DNA of 64,000 nucleotides, from NCBI GenBank assembly GCA_030390025.1, contig CM059430.1, forward strand, positions 74,772,001 to 74,836,000, in the 5' to 3' direction. The notes beneath the pieces are model-generated. The model worked only from the letters and a program-made list of their open reading frames with translations. It was not told where the DNA came from and did not search any database. Made by a program: the position numbers and the translations under genes. Positions 12,650-25,591 of the stretch are shown in pieces. The stretch comes from Squalus acanthias (lineage: Eukaryota). Every line of letters starts with the position of its first letter. Position 1 is the stretch's first letter.

Positions 12650-14390
12650 GCGGTACAAACATTTGGATAATCAGTATCAATAAAGCTGTGGGATCAATCT
12701 TCAGAAAATGGAAGAATAGGAAACACTGTAAGAGTACAACAAAGGCATGTAGCCGAAGAGTACGTTAAGAAGAGTACCTTTAAAAAGTAACAGAGTAGGT
12801 TCAGTTTGAAATGGAGAGAATGGAGTCTTGCCTTTAACGAGAAAACAAGAGGGATCAACAAACAAGAAAGCAAAAATCATTCTATCGAAAGTAAAGGGCG
12901 GGGCATACATTCAAACAAATGGCGAACCCGCAAAGAATGGGAGCCTAAAAGGAGAGTAGAGCAAATAACTGCGAAAAATCACGTTCTACAAACGAGGAAG
13001 CACTTTTGTATTGAATAAGGAGCTATACCGCAGTAGGATGAAGGGAAGGATGGCTCCAGAACTTTTTGATTTTGAGATGGAGTAAATATATCAGTGTCTA
13101 TGATTGAACTATTTTCTCTTGGTCAAATGGGGGAGCGAGGGGGATGTACTGATCTGCACTGAAGAAACGAGGGATATTTCATAATTCAACAGGCGTATGA
13201 GGTTCCTGTGTTGTGGGCAGGGGCGATCTCTATACAATTCATTAATGATTTGGCCAACCGTATTATAAGCCAGTCTCCCTAACTAATAGATAGAGTTTTG
13301 ATTTGATGAGGTGGATGATGGACGGAGTTAAACGAACGCCCTCCCAGCTCGGGGACCAAACCATTTCCAAGATCGGGCTTCATTGAGATGAATGAGGCAA
13401 GCAGTCAGCGGAGTTTCTATCTATGTGTCTGTCGAAGGCGGATTAATAGAGACTGCTTTTTATGACTACTCAACAACTTCATTATCATTGTATCTTGCGA
13501 CTACCAGGAGGAAAAATGGTGAACTACATAGACCTTATTTCGTTTCATAATTTCAATGCTTCTACTTTTCCAAACGAGCTCTGATAGATAACTGGTCGAT
13601 GGCGAGCAGGGATGCAAGATAACTAGGATGTCCACTAGCCTATTTACTGAGAAGATCAATTAGAGCACTCTTAGAGGGACATAGCGGGGTGGTTGCTGGG
13701 CGAGGGCGGAAGTTAGGAAACCTTGAGGAGCATTTATTATTATCGTACTGCAGAGCAGTACTACTTATCCTAACGCCTCCTCCCGCCCCCTCCACAATAG
13801 TTCCAGACATGATCCAGCAAAATTTCTACGAGTTGCTTATCATCGGGGTTGCAGTTATGCAGCATTTGATCAATTAAGAGCTGATCAAAGAGAGTCAAAA
13901 TGGATTTGTGAAAGCTGGGACATGTGTTTGAGGAGAGTACTAGCATGGTGGAAACGGGAGTGTTCATGGATGTTATCCATATGGACTAACAGAAGACATT
14001 TCATAATCTTCCGCACAAGAAATTATTAGCAAAAATCAAAGTGCAGAGAATTGGAGGTAATTGATTGAGAGACAGGTGATAAGGAGCAGCAACAACGGGA
14101 ATGTACTGTGATTTTTGGGATCCGACATATGGTGCTCCCCAGCAATCTGTGTGGAACATCAGCTTTTCACGTTATAAATCAATCACTTGAGTCATGGAAT
14201 AGAGAGCTGTATATCCAAGTTTGCAGGTCACAATAATGAAGGAGACACGTTTAGTTGTGTAGCTGATAGCAGTAAGTTACAAAGACACATAAACAGGTGA
14301 TGTGACTGGACAACATTGTTGCAGATGATGTTCAATGTGGAAAAGTGTGAGATCATCTGTGTTGCAACTTAGAATGACAAATCCGAATTT
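12650..14390 (+). mobile_element. Highly decayed CR1 fragments
   Basis: Recognisable remnants of CR1 endonuclease and RT motifs (e.g. CAAAATGGATTTGTGAAAG, ATATCCAAGTTTGCAG, TTCAATGTGGAAAAGTGTGAG). Confidence 0.65.
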
Positions 14391-15056
14391 ATGACACCTG
14401 TCTCAAGTTAACACATTAAGCCCCAATATCATTCTCGTAAACATGCACTGTACCCCCTCCAAGGCCTATATACCCTTCCTGAGGAGCGTTGCCCAGAACT
14501 GGAGGCAAAATGTAACAAGGTGTCTCCCTATGTCCCTACCTTTGCGCTTTCTGTAAACATACATCGGTTTATTGCTGTTAACTGAAGCTGATTTGGTATT
14601 GCAGTCAATGGTGTCATGAAGGTACCGCAGTCGTATTGCGCACAATAAGGTCCTACACATATTAAATGTGATAATCTAACAGAATCGTGTAATCTACCAG
14701 AACTGTATGCGTACTGGCTGGGACCGAGCGATAGTGCCAAGATATAAATTCATTTCGCAGTTATTGCAAAACAGGAAGAATTCATTTCCGCAAATGGGAA
14801 CTTAACAACAGTTGGGCAACAGAAAATGTTGCTGGGAAATTGTTATTGAGATAAGAGAGGGTATTGGCACTGACGTTAAAATTGGAACAATCCAGTCTGC
14901 TTGCACAAGTAATGATGAAACGGCTTTTGAATATTTACTAATAAAACGGATAGAAAAGCAGCTGCCATGGTTTGGAAATAGAAAACGCTGTTATATTTAG
15001 GTGCTCCAGGGCTGGTTTGATACTTCACCGAAGAATGGAAATTAGACGAAATGAAA

Positions 15057-15792
15057 TGCCGCATATTGCGACCCCTACGGGTGCGTAGGATGTGTCTATG
15101 CGTCCGTAAGCGCCGAGCAAGATCTAAGTTTAGGCATGCGAAGCGCATGCACTACAACCCGGACCTTGAGATCTGTCAAGAATCTGCTCCACAGATCATT
15201 CGGACACCGGGAGTAGGTCCTCTGCGGGTGGAGAGTTGCGCTATTTGCCCAACTTGCGGCCATTGAATGCCTGTGCAATTCTTCCGCCTGGTAAAAACAG
15301 GCATATGGCCTTTTACCAGCATAGCAGGTTAAAAAAATAGAAAAAGAAAATTTTAACACCCATTTATCCATTTAAAATCCTATCCAATAAGGTAAGTTTA
15401 TTTTTAGCCCCGTTAAAACAATTTTTTTTCCAAAAAATTACACTCTTCGTTTGAATATTTAATTAAATGGCATTTAATTAATTTAAATATTTTTTTTATT
15501 GTTTTCATGTGTTCGTGTATTTTTTAAGTGATCCACATTCATACTTATGGGAGTTCCGTCCGTCCGTATCAATCGGGATTCCCTTCTATTATTGGATAGG
15601 CCGGCCCACGTGATCCCAGTGGCTCTTACGAACCGCCTGCACACCTGGGATACGTGGGCATCTGGCCGTGCGTACCCCGAGAGGCCTAGGATCGCAAGCC
15701 TCCAGAACTCCCGGGCCACCAGGTAAATGCGTAAATCTTTTGCTGGTTGGAAGCATCCGGCCGCGGGAGACATCCGATCGCAAATTTTGGGC
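15057..15792 (+). mobile_element. Non-autonomous TIR element (MITE-like), hairpin-rich family, copy A
   Basis: Imperfect TIRs of about 18 bp (TGCCGCATATTGCGACC / GATCGCAAATTTTGGGCC), subterminal hairpin, AT-rich centre, shared core CCCACGTGATCCCAG. Confidence 0.65.
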
Positions 15793-15839
15793 CATTCTTG
15801 GAGTCCTGTCAAGCACTTTCGGCATAGCATCGACATAAT

Positions 15840-16603
15840 GGCCCAAAAATTCGGCTGAATACGGGAGAGTACGAACTGTGTACTCTCCCGTATTCAGTCC
15901 CGAAGAGCTGGTTTCCTGCATGCACTGCGCATGCGTGGGAAACCGGCACTTCCGGTATTGCGAAGGGGGCGGTTCCTAAGTGAACCGCGTGCGCACGACA
16001 GTCTGTGCGCACGCAGCACACATAGGTTTTTTTTCAGGTTTCAACGCAAAGGTGAGTATGGAAGATTTTACACATGCAAAAAGGAGGCGTAAGACTCCCT
16101 TTTAACAAGGTAAGTAGTTAATTAAGTATTATTTTAATATTTTTTCAAAATGTTTATCTTTTTTAGATACTTTAAAGAAAGGTAAGTTTATTTTTATAAC
16201 TTTTAAAAAGAATTTAAATTTTTTCAAAAATAAAAATTTTTGTTTAAAGTGGTTAATTTATTTAACTATAGTAATTTTATTAATGTGATAGTTTTTAAAA
16301 AAAAATATTTGAGGTTTAGTTGTTCTTTTGGGGGCAATTTGTATTCATAGTTTTGACAGGTCTCATGTCAAATCTATCAATGAAAGATGGTGTGCTGCCA
16401 TTGGCTCTCCATGTCCCACGTGATCCCAGAGGTCGCATCGAACTAACTGCGCCTCTGGGACACGCACACACAGCGAGCCGGCACCAGGGAGAGGCCCAGG
16501 AGCTAAAGTTCGTGTGGGCCCGAAACACAACGGCCGGCGCGGAGTGTGATATCGCTCAAGATCCTTTCCCCCGCGGCAAGCCTCCGAGTCAAATTTCTGG
16601 GCC
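15840..16603 (+). mobile_element. Non-autonomous TIR element, copy B
   Basis: TIRs GGCCCAAAAATTCGGCT / AGTCAAATTTCTGGGCC; perfect 18-bp hairpin at 15855-15897; colinear with the inverted copy at 56480-57246. Confidence 0.75.
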
Positions 16604-17159
16604 TATACATGCAATTTCTACCCTGGAGTTGAAGAGCCGAACTGGCTCCGACAACAAGCCTGGTGGCTCTCTCGTTATCGCCTCCGATGATCAGGTTTGG
16701 TCCTGACACCGGATTGCAGCGGCATTTAGAGTACTATCTGTTTCCCCGGATATCCTGTGCCAAGGCAGTATAGAGCAGAAACCAGTTAGAAAACAGCAGC
16801 AGTCGCCATCAGTGTGTAAGAAAATGTTACACGGGTGCTGCTTAACTGTATTCGCCCAAATACTCTACAATCTGAGAGGGTCGAGTGAAAAAACCTAGTC
16901 CCAGATTCTTCGGGATATCCTAGTAACTGGTTGTCCAACTGACAAAATCCCCAAAACTCAAGGTGAGGGCAAGTAAACGAACTTCTACCACGTTGAAACC
17001 CGCCTACTACAGGTACAAATTATGCTTTCCAGATTGTGTAAATTCCAGAAATCTCTGACTCCATAAAGTAGGCAGTTCCATGGCTGTATGCCTTTGTAAT
17101 GGATTAATAGGCGTTCCCTGGGTGCTGCCCTTGGAAGATCGGCGAAACACTACATTTTG

Positions 17160-17820
17160 GTCTCCTGGTACTATCCTTTTGCTTTTATTCTCGGGATACA
17201 GGTGATGTTGGCAAGGTAAATGCTTATTTGTAATTTTCCTGAGAATGTGGAGACGGGCCTTGCCTTCAAGTCCTTTCGTCCTCGTGAGGATGCTCCCACG
17301 ATCATGTTAGTTAGGTAATTGCATATTTTGGGGGCTTGTGATGCTTAGAGTACTGAATTGGCTACCGATCAATAGGACCGGTTTGTCCTTGATGGTGTAG
17401 AACCTGTTGAGTTTTACTGTAGCTGTACGCATCCAGGCAAGTGGGGAATATTCCATCACTCTCCCGCCTTGTGCATTGTAGGTGGTGGAGAAGCTATCAG
17501 GAGTCAGGAGGTGAGCCCCTCGCCACAAAATACCAACCATCTGATCGGCTCTGGTAGCCACGGCATTTATGTGTATTGTCCAGTTGAGTTTCTGATCATT
17601 GGTAACCCCTAATATGTTAATGGTGGGGTATTTGGCGCTGTTAATGCCATTGAATGACAAGTGGAGATGGTAATACTCTCTCTTGATGTAGACGGTCGTT
17701 GCCTGGCACTTGAGTTGTGCGAATAAACTTGCCACTTATCAGCCCTAACCTGCATGTTGCACAGGTCTTGCTACATTTTGGCATGGATTGCTTCGTTATC
17801 TGAGTAGTTGTGAATGCAAC
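17160..17820 (-). mobile_element. Second LINE family 3' fragment
   Basis: ILGVTNDQKLNW...ATRADQ...VMEYSPLAW, homologous to 11430-12620. Confidence 0.8.
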
Positions 17821-17824
17821 TAAA

Positions 17825-20005
17825 CACAAAAATGTATGTACGTAAACGCACTACATGTGGTGAATAAGCACAATTAGCCGTTTGGCAATATGATGTTGTG
17901 GCAATAACGGAAACGTGGCTTAAAAGTGGTGAAGACTGGCAATAAATATTGAAGTTAAGAAAACATAGGAAAGGAACAAAGGGTTGTGGGGTGGCAGTGT
18001 TGCTGAAGGAAGAAATTGTAGCGTTGGAAAGGGAGTATGTTCTTGTGGGGACAAGGATAGAATCCATTTCGTTAGAGTTGAGGAGCAAAACGGGTATGAT
18101 CACTCTATTGGGGGTGTTCTATAGGGCTCCAAATTAAGAGAGGGAGGTAGAGGAGCAAATCTGCAGTGAAATCGCAGAGATATGCAAGGGCGATAGAGTG
18201 GTGATATTGGGGGACTTAAATTACCAAAATATCGATTGGGATAATGCTGGGATAAAGGGAAATGTGTGGGAGCAATTTCTGAAGCGTGTTCAGGAACATT
18301 TCCTTGATCAGTATCTTCTTGGCCCAACTAGGAAGGAGGCATTGCTGCATCTGGTGCTGGGTACTGAGGTGGGCCATGTCGACCAAGTGTCTGTGGGAGA
18401 GCACCTGGGCACGAGTGATCATTGTATCATAATGTTTAGATTAGAAATGGAGAGGAGTAAGGAACAATCTAGAGTGGAACTTTTTAGATTGGAATAGGGC
18501 TAACTTCAATGGGATGCAACAGGATCTAGACAAGGTAAAATGGAACCAAAGACAGACAGGACAAACTGTAATGGAACAAAGGGTGACCTTGAAGGAGGAG
18601 ATGTCCCAAGTACAGGCTAGGTTCATTCCAACAAGAGGGAAGGGTAAGGGTATCGAAGTAAGGGCTCCTTTGATGACGAGGGAGATAGAGAAGAAGATGA
18701 AACAAAATAAGAGTGTGTTAGATGCATGTCAGGTGAATACTTCAAGGGAGAACCAGACGAAATAAAATAAGTTAAGAGGGGAAATGAAGATTACAATAAG
18801 ATTGCCAAAGAGAGAATATGAGAGTAGAATGGCGGTTAACATAAAAGGGGACCCAAAAATGTTGTACCAGCATGTAAATAATAAATGGGAAGTAAGATGC
18901 GTGTTAGGGCCTATTAGGGACAAAGAAGGTGATATATGCTTCGAGGCGCAAGGCAAGGCTAGAATATTCAAAGAGTACTTGGTATCGGTGTTTACTTAGG
19001 AGCTGGATGCTGACAAAATATCAGTAGAAGTGGAAAAGGTACATGCAATGGAAGGGTTGAAAATTGATAGACAGGATGGACTAGATAGGCTGGGTTTGCT
19101 TAGAATGGATAAGTCGCCTGCTCCAGATGGCTTGCATACCAGGTTGCTAAGGGAATTGGGGGAGGAGATAGTGGAAGCTCTTGCAATAATGTTGCAATGT
19201 TCCATAGATGCGGGGGAGGTGCTGAGGATTGGAAAGTGGCAAAAGTGACACGATTGTTCAAGGTAGGGTGTAAGGAAAATCCTAGTAAATACAGGCCAGT
19301 CAGATTAACATCAGTGTTGGGTAAAGTCTTAGAAACAGCAAAAAATTACGAAGGCAAATGTCATGTTGGCATTCATTGCTTGAGGGTTGGAGTACAAGAG
19401 TAAGGAAGTCTTGCTAAAATCGTACGGGGCTCTGGTGAGACCACACCTGGAGTACTGTGCACAGTTTTGGTCTCCTTATTTAAGGAAGGATATACTGCCT
19501 CAGAGGCGGTGCAACAAACGTTCACTAGATTGATTCCCGAGATGTGAGGGATGTCCTATGAGGAGAGATGGAGTAGATAGTGCCCATACTCTCAGGAGTT
19601 TAGAAGAACGAGAGGCGATGTCATTGAGCCATATGAGATTCTGGTGGGGATTGACAGGATAAATGCTGAGAGGTTGTTTTCCCTGGCTGGTGAGTCTAGA
19701 ACTAAAGCGCATCGTCTCAGGATAAGGGGCCGTCGCTTTAAGAATGAGATGAGGAGGATTTTCTTCACTCAGATGGTTGTTAATCTTTGGAATTCACTGC
19801 CCCAAAAGTCCTGTGGATGCACATTCGTTGAGTATATTCAGAACTGTAATAGATAGATGTTTGGACTCCAGCGGATTCAAGGGATATGGTGATGGGGCAG
19901 GAAAGTGGAGTTGAGCTCAATGATCATCTCTGATCTTATTGAATGGCGGTGCAGACTTGAGGGTCCGCATGGCCTAATCCTGCTTCTAATTCGTATGTTC
20001 TTATA
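17825..20005 (+). mobile_element. CR1 (endonuclease to 3' tail) lacking the RT core
   Basis: LGVFYRAPN, ILGDLNY, LGTSDH, YRPVRLTSV, then an abrupt jump at about 19345 to the post-RT region; TATGTTCTTAT tail. Confidence 0.88.
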
Positions 20006-20019
20006 TACTTAACTTGCTC

Positions 20020-20680
20020 CCTAGTTCCTTCAAAACTGTCTGTAGGACCTCAACACTTACCTTATTATGTAATTGGTTCCCACATGGAACACGAATTTTG
20101 GCAGCTCCCCTTCCCCCCGAAAAAGGTTCTGCATCCGTTCAGTGATGTAATTTCCTCTAGCACCAGGAAGGCAACACATCAGGCCGGACAGTTCGCATGT
20201 CCATCCCTCAGCCTATCGAACCCGCTATGGTCACTGCATGCCTACACTTCGCTGTGCACACTGTGCAGTCATTTGTTACACGTTGCCATGGATGTGCTCT
20301 AGATTGTAATTCCCCACGGTGTCTTCTTCCTTACCGGCCTTCAGTTCAGGAAACAAGATTGAGTGTGCCACACTCCTGGAGGATTCGTGCATAGCCTGCC
20401 TCTTCCTACCCAGCAGTTGGCCATCCATTTACTATTCACCTGATCTCTATGTGGCTGCGGGGTGACCACCTACTGGAAAGTGAGATCCAGGACATTCTCA
20501 ACCTCCCTTATGCCCTGCAGTGACTCCAGTCTCACCTCAATTTCAGAAAACCTGAGTTGGTGCTCGAGCATCCGGAGGCACTTCCTACAAACATGCCGTC
20601 CCGATGTTTCCACTTGGAACAGCAATTGCAGACAACGGGGCTTCTCTGTCCCATCATTTTAATTAAAGTCTATCTACAAA
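20020..20680 (-). mobile_element. CR1 ORF1 fragment
   Basis: Degenerate similarity to the ORF1 regions at 4250-4850 and 40850-41100. Confidence 0.6.
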
Positions 20681-20824
20681 AGGTACATACGATTACACAT
20701 ATGTTTTAGTTTAGCTCCCCGTTAAATATCAATTATTTAGTTAATATTGATATGTATTAAACTATATTTACTTAGAAAGCGCTGCTCTCCCCTATTACTC
20801 TTTTGCATCGCTATTTATCAATCA

Positions 20825-21715
20825 AGAGGACATTGCGAAAGCTACGGTAACGAAGCCTTGTTCGGAATACTGCATGTGATAAAAATAGATAACGCGGAGG
20901 GACTAGAAAGGCTGCCAGAACTTAAAGTAAAAAAGTGACCCGGTCCCGATGGGATACATCCTAGGTTGCTGAGGGAAGTAAATATAGAAATTGCGGAGCT
21001 GCTGACCACAATCTTCCAATCCTTCTTAGATACGGGGTGTTGGAAGAGGACTGGATAATTGTGAATGTTATACACTTGTTCAAAAAAGAGCAGAAAGATA
21101 TAGCTGGCAATTACAGGCCAGTCAGTTTAACATCAGTGGTGGGGAAGCACTTAGAATCAATAATCCGAGAGAAAGTTAACAGCCACATGGACAATTATGC
21201 GGTCTCTCAATAGTCCACTCCCTCCAATAACTGTTCAATTAACCTGAATAAAGCAGCGCCAACACGAATTTGTTCAGGGAAAATCGCGTTTGACTAACAT
21301 GATTGAGTTTATTGATAAGGTAACAGAGAGGTTGGATGAGGGCTGTGTAGCTGATATTGTGTATATGGTCTTGCAAAAGGCCTCTGATGAAGTACCACAT
21401 AATAAGCTTGGCAGCAAAATTGAAGGTTATGGGATAAAAGGGGCAGTAGCAGCATGAATACAAAATCGACTAAGAGATTGAAAACGAAGAGTTTTAGTGA
21501 ATGGCTGTTATTTCGGACTGGGGGAGGTATACCGTGCTGTTCCCCAGGTTTTCGTACCAGGGCCACTGCTGTTTTTGATGTACATTACTTACTTGGATTT
21601 GGGGTACAATGCACTATTTTGAGATTTTCAGATGTCACGAAGCTTGGAAGAGTATTAAACAGTGAGGAAGTTCGTAATAGACTTCAAGAGGATATAGGCA
21701 GTTTGGTGAAATATT
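20825..21715 (+). mobile_element. CR1 RT fragment
   Basis: Remnants coding for PGPDGIHP, NYRPVSLTS and FSDVTKLG. Confidence 0.85.
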
Positions 21716-21998
21716 GATAGCTCAATTCAAACTCTTTTTTCCGTCTCCGGTTTATGCAATTACAAAATAAAGCGTATTGATTGATTAAGGAAATTATATT
21801 CTGAGGAAAGATTAAGACCGATCTAATGGCCTTCAGCGGATCCACCAACGTAAGAGCAAAACAATCGTTTACACTCTGCAAGCTGCGGTGAATTAATTCA
21901 CACAGTAGCAGTCGGCATATCGCTTAATAATGTTTCACCAACGTAGAATGAATACCTGGAAATTGAAAATGTGATCGTTTGAAACAATAAATAATGCC

Positions 21999-22117
21999 TT
22001 ACTTGCAAAGGAGGCTAGCCTTAAAATGGTCGGCAACAAGGCATGATAGCAACAGAATTATTAAGAAACCAAATATAAACCTGGAAATCAAAGCAGCGCG
22101 AAGTCTGTAATCGGAAC
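21999..22117 (-). pseudogene. Gene A TM / short cytoplasmic exon GSDYRLRAALISRFIFGFLIILLLSCLVADHFKASLLCK*
   Basis: Phase-1 acceptor TATTACAG|GT and a hydrophobic segment of about 20 aa with an Arg near its N-terminal end. Aligns without gaps to the gene B TM exon (GSDY..LISR vs GTDH..LISG). An alternative donor AA|GTAAGG overlaps the stop codon. Confidence 0.75.
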
Positions 22118-24050
22118 CTGTAATATGCAAAATTATAGAATTTGAGTTATAAGGAGTGTTCTCTCGTAACATACTCAATAAATGACGCAAATGAAGATGT
22201 GGCCCAATTAATACTTCATTCCTACATTGGGTATTTAATGAGATGTGAACAACTTTGTACTATGGGGAAATAAACATTTTAGTTGCAGGCTTGGAGCCAT
22301 TTTAAACCGCATTATGCTTTCCTTTAAATGCTCAAATACTGAGGCAGGAAACACACGAACTTTATTCTACCTTGCCTGTTGGTTGTTTATAAATAGTTGA
22401 TCCAGTGGAAAACTAGTCACAGGAATTAATCTGAAATTGGTTAAAGAGTCCCTAATATGCCATCGATCGATATACTACTTACAGTAACAGTTTTGATTAG
22501 TTCCAAAAGCGATTTCTTCTTTAAAGTTACGGCGTCTTAGAGACCTAATCAATATCTGCGAATGTGCTTTATCTGGCAAAAACCGTAACATAGGCATTTA
22601 TTTCTCTTTTCTCCGTGTTTCAATAAAAACAAAGAGGAATGTTGTTGCCTAACCAGTTAGCTGTGTTGCTAAACTGTAACATTCCGATTTACTCTTTGTA
22701 ACATTCTACTTATTTAAGTGTAATATGTTACTGAACACAACCAAATGTTTCATACTCCTATCGATCGTCTATTATGTTTTATTTCTCTCATCATGATAAG
22801 TTCGTTGCTGCCGTGTAACACATTTACTTTCTCAATGAACCAAGGAAAGTTAAATGAGTATGACCTTTCCAGCATCGCACGCATCTCGAGAACAAATAAA
22901 ACGATCTTAGTTGATCGCCAAAAATAAATCTTCTAATAATATAAAACAATTAATTTTGTGCAAAAATATCGTCCAGTAATGAATTAGATTTCGTCAAATA
23001 GTATGTAATAATCACAAAAATATTTTAAAAATGTTTCAAAATTTGTTCGAGATCATAAGAATAAGCAATGAAGTTTTAGACAATAATTTTAAATGTGTTC
23101 TTATAACACGGCGTGACTCTGGGGAAAGTGCGGCATTTATCCCGAGGGATGTGTTTTGTTCCGGCTATTTGGGGCAACACACCGCACTCGCCCGCTATCA
23201 AAACGTTGCAAAAGAAAAAAACTTTACTTCCAAGCTTTGACTAATCCATTCAAACATTGAGCGATCAAACAACGGGGGATTGTATTAGCTTTCTTCAGAA
23301 ACACGGCTTATTTTGCCACTTTACATAATTAATACTGGCACAGAAATTCAGCGGCGGTTTTCCCAGTCCCCCGCCGTAAAGTCGACGGGAGCCGGCGCAA
23401 TTTGGAGAGCAATTGCTCAAATAGCCCTTTATGCCGTTTCTGAGAGGGTTTTGGGGGTCTTCGGCAGATGATCTAGAACGCCCCGCAGAATGACAGAGCC
23501 AGTCTTCTTTTATATCATTATATAGCAGATCAATTGAAATAAGATGGGACTTATGACTAAAGAGCACTAGAGCAAACAAATAAGGTTCCTAATGAGCTCG
23601 AAAGCAACAAAAGAAAGAATTGCGTTCAAAATGTCAATATCTGGTCTACCGGTTCAGTTGCAACGCGAAAGTAACTGATCTAGCGTAGATTTGGAACCAA
23701 AAGTGAGCTGAATTCATGAATTAAGGAAAATAAAAAAGTAATGGGGGGAATAAATTTGGCACTCAATTTAATTTATTTTATTTTATTTTACTGTAATCAA
23801 TCGGAGGAAAATTCATACGAGCTCAATCAAATGCATTATATATTACACGACAGATTAGGTGATGTATTCATTATGAGATAGAATGCACTATATCTTCCGA
23901 GTTTAGAAACCAGTAAATTAAATCATCTTTCAATTAATAGTGTTTCTAAAGGTATTTTAATAGTTGTGGCTGTGTCGTACATTAATGAACAAAATTAACT
24001 TTAAGTGTCAGCAGCAGCTCTTTCTATCCGTACAAATGTCAGGAAGTTAC

Positions 24051-24359
24051 CTGGGCTAGACCTGGCATTAAAGTAAATAGCCATGGCTGGATTCTGCAGT
24101 GTTAGATGAGACACCACACAGCTATATACAGCCCCGCTCAGGGCTGGATGTGGCGGTATCAAACAACTGGAAGCTTCATACATTCCCACCGAATTCAGCT
24201 TATTAATTGTGTTGATCCCAGTCACAATGTTCGTGTGATCTTTTTACCAAGTGAAGGTGAGAGATTCCGGGTAGAACGCCGTCGTTTTGCAGACGAGAGT
24301 CAGAGAAGATGATTTATCTTCAGCTATATTCGGCAAAATCCGTAACGGAGCTGGGGAAG
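24051..24359 (-). pseudogene. Gene A C1-set Ig domain exon with premature stop
   Basis: Acceptor TTCTATAG, donor CCAG|GTAACT. Encodes LVCKTTAFYPESLTFTW*KD...YEASS...YSCVVSHLTL, with the C1-set motifs CxxxxFYP, W and YxCxVxH. Confidence 0.9.
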
Positions 24360-25140
24360 CTATAGAACATGTTAGAGGGAAATAATTTGGTCTTTCTTTG
24401 TGCTTTAAAGATAGGATGCTATTATATTTTTGTTCCATGATTTTCAAATAGTGAGCATGACTTCAAACGCGCCAAATTGGATACAGACAGTGTTAGATGC
24501 GCCTTTGTGTAATCAGGACATAAAAAAATAACAAAATACGGAAGCATTTAAAAGTAATGCATATATGTAATAATTACCCATGCAAAGAAAAAAAGCAACA
24601 CAAATTGTTCAGGTTAAAAAAATAAAGTTGTGGATGCGGGAGCAGAGACTAAAGTAATGGTTTTTTTCCCTTCTCGTATTTTAGACATATTAGGAGGCAG
24701 TCTCTAAGACTGTTAAATAAATCTGTCTGAGATGTTTTTAAACGCGATGACTTTTATAAACTTGCACCAACATTTGAATTCCACGATGTTTGGTTGGGCC
24801 AAATACTCCAGGCAAATATAAACAAAACAACATTCCGTGTGTAACTATTACGAATTGCACTGTTGAAATTATTATTAGCATGCAATACAGTAAATGTCCG
24901 ACTTGACAATGCTAATAAGTATGCATAAAAGTAAAACACTGTAGTTAGTTCTCAAAGTATAACACACCGCTTTTTCGGGGTTTCTGTAGCTCTTCCGTCG
25001 AAGTTACGGCGGATTAACGCGAGATACCCCGCGGATATTCACCCTCATAATTTGCAATATATAAAACAATAATGATGTGTGATGGATAGAAGTGATTTGA
25101 ATTTGTCATGGAGATCAGCAATTTTACCTTTGTGACTCAC

Positions 25141-25458
25141 CATGAACAACAAGTCTCGACCCAGTTCCTTGTTCCATTCTATTTCCCTGCCGTCTCATTC
25201 CACAGTAATAGACCCCGGAGTCCTCGACACGAATCGATAGAAGCTCCAAATAGGAATTTCCTTCGTAAAAGATAAATTTCATTCCGCTGTTCGACCCCGA
25301 TTTAAGAAATGTATTTTCTCCCAGTCTCCACCAATAAACAGCCACGTCTGAATTATTTTTGAACGAGGGCAATGTGCAATTAAATGTAACGTTTGCACTA
25401 GCGATCACTTTCGTACTTGCAGGGGTTTGGGATACTTTGTACATTGCATCAGCACCAA
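25141..25458 (-). pseudogene. Gene A VJ-type Ig domain exon (open frame)
   Basis: Acceptor TTTCCGACAG, donor CATG|GTGAGT. Encodes VSQTP...VTFNC...VYWW...DSGVYYC...QGTGSRLVVH, with the canonical V-set Cys/Trp/DxGxYxC and a J-like GxGSxLxV. Confidence 0.92.
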
Positions 25459-25537
25459 CTGTCGGAAAGAAAAAAATTAAAGACCAGCGGCATATATCAT
25501 GGAGCACGGAAAATATAATAACATACACAAAATATAC

Positions 25538-25591
25538 CTGTGTAATGACCGACAGCAACGACACGTACTGAGCGACGGCTGTTAGGAACAT
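25538..25591 (-). pseudogene. Gene A leader (signal peptide) exon MFLTAVAQYVSLLSVITQ
   Basis: ATG at 25591, hydrophobic 18-mer, donor CAG|GTATAT. Homologous to the leaders of genes B and C but 1 nt shorter (ATT-ACACAG vs ATTTACACAG in gene C). Confidence 0.8.

Larger units (their letters stand above)
21999..25591 (-). pseudogene. IgSF receptor gene A: leader - VJ - C1 - TM(Arg)/short tail; probably inactivated (NKp30/NCR3-like V joined to a C1-set domain)
   Basis: Four exons with GT-AG boundaries: leader 25538-25591, V 25141-25458, C1 24051-24359, TM 21999-22117. The leader is 54 nt versus 55 nt in the two paralogs, giving a phase mismatch with the phase-1 V exon. In-frame TAA at 24244-24246 replaces the Y of the C1 'WYK' motif. 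Confidence 0.85.

Noticed and set aside
25141-25458. Assigning the V exons to IgL, TCR, IgNAR, SIRP or NCR3 with a gene symbol
   Set aside because: There is no FGxG/WGxG, WYQQ or RSS, the Cys spacing is shorter than in NKp30, and a single C1 is followed by a TM. Orthology cannot be established without a phylogeny.
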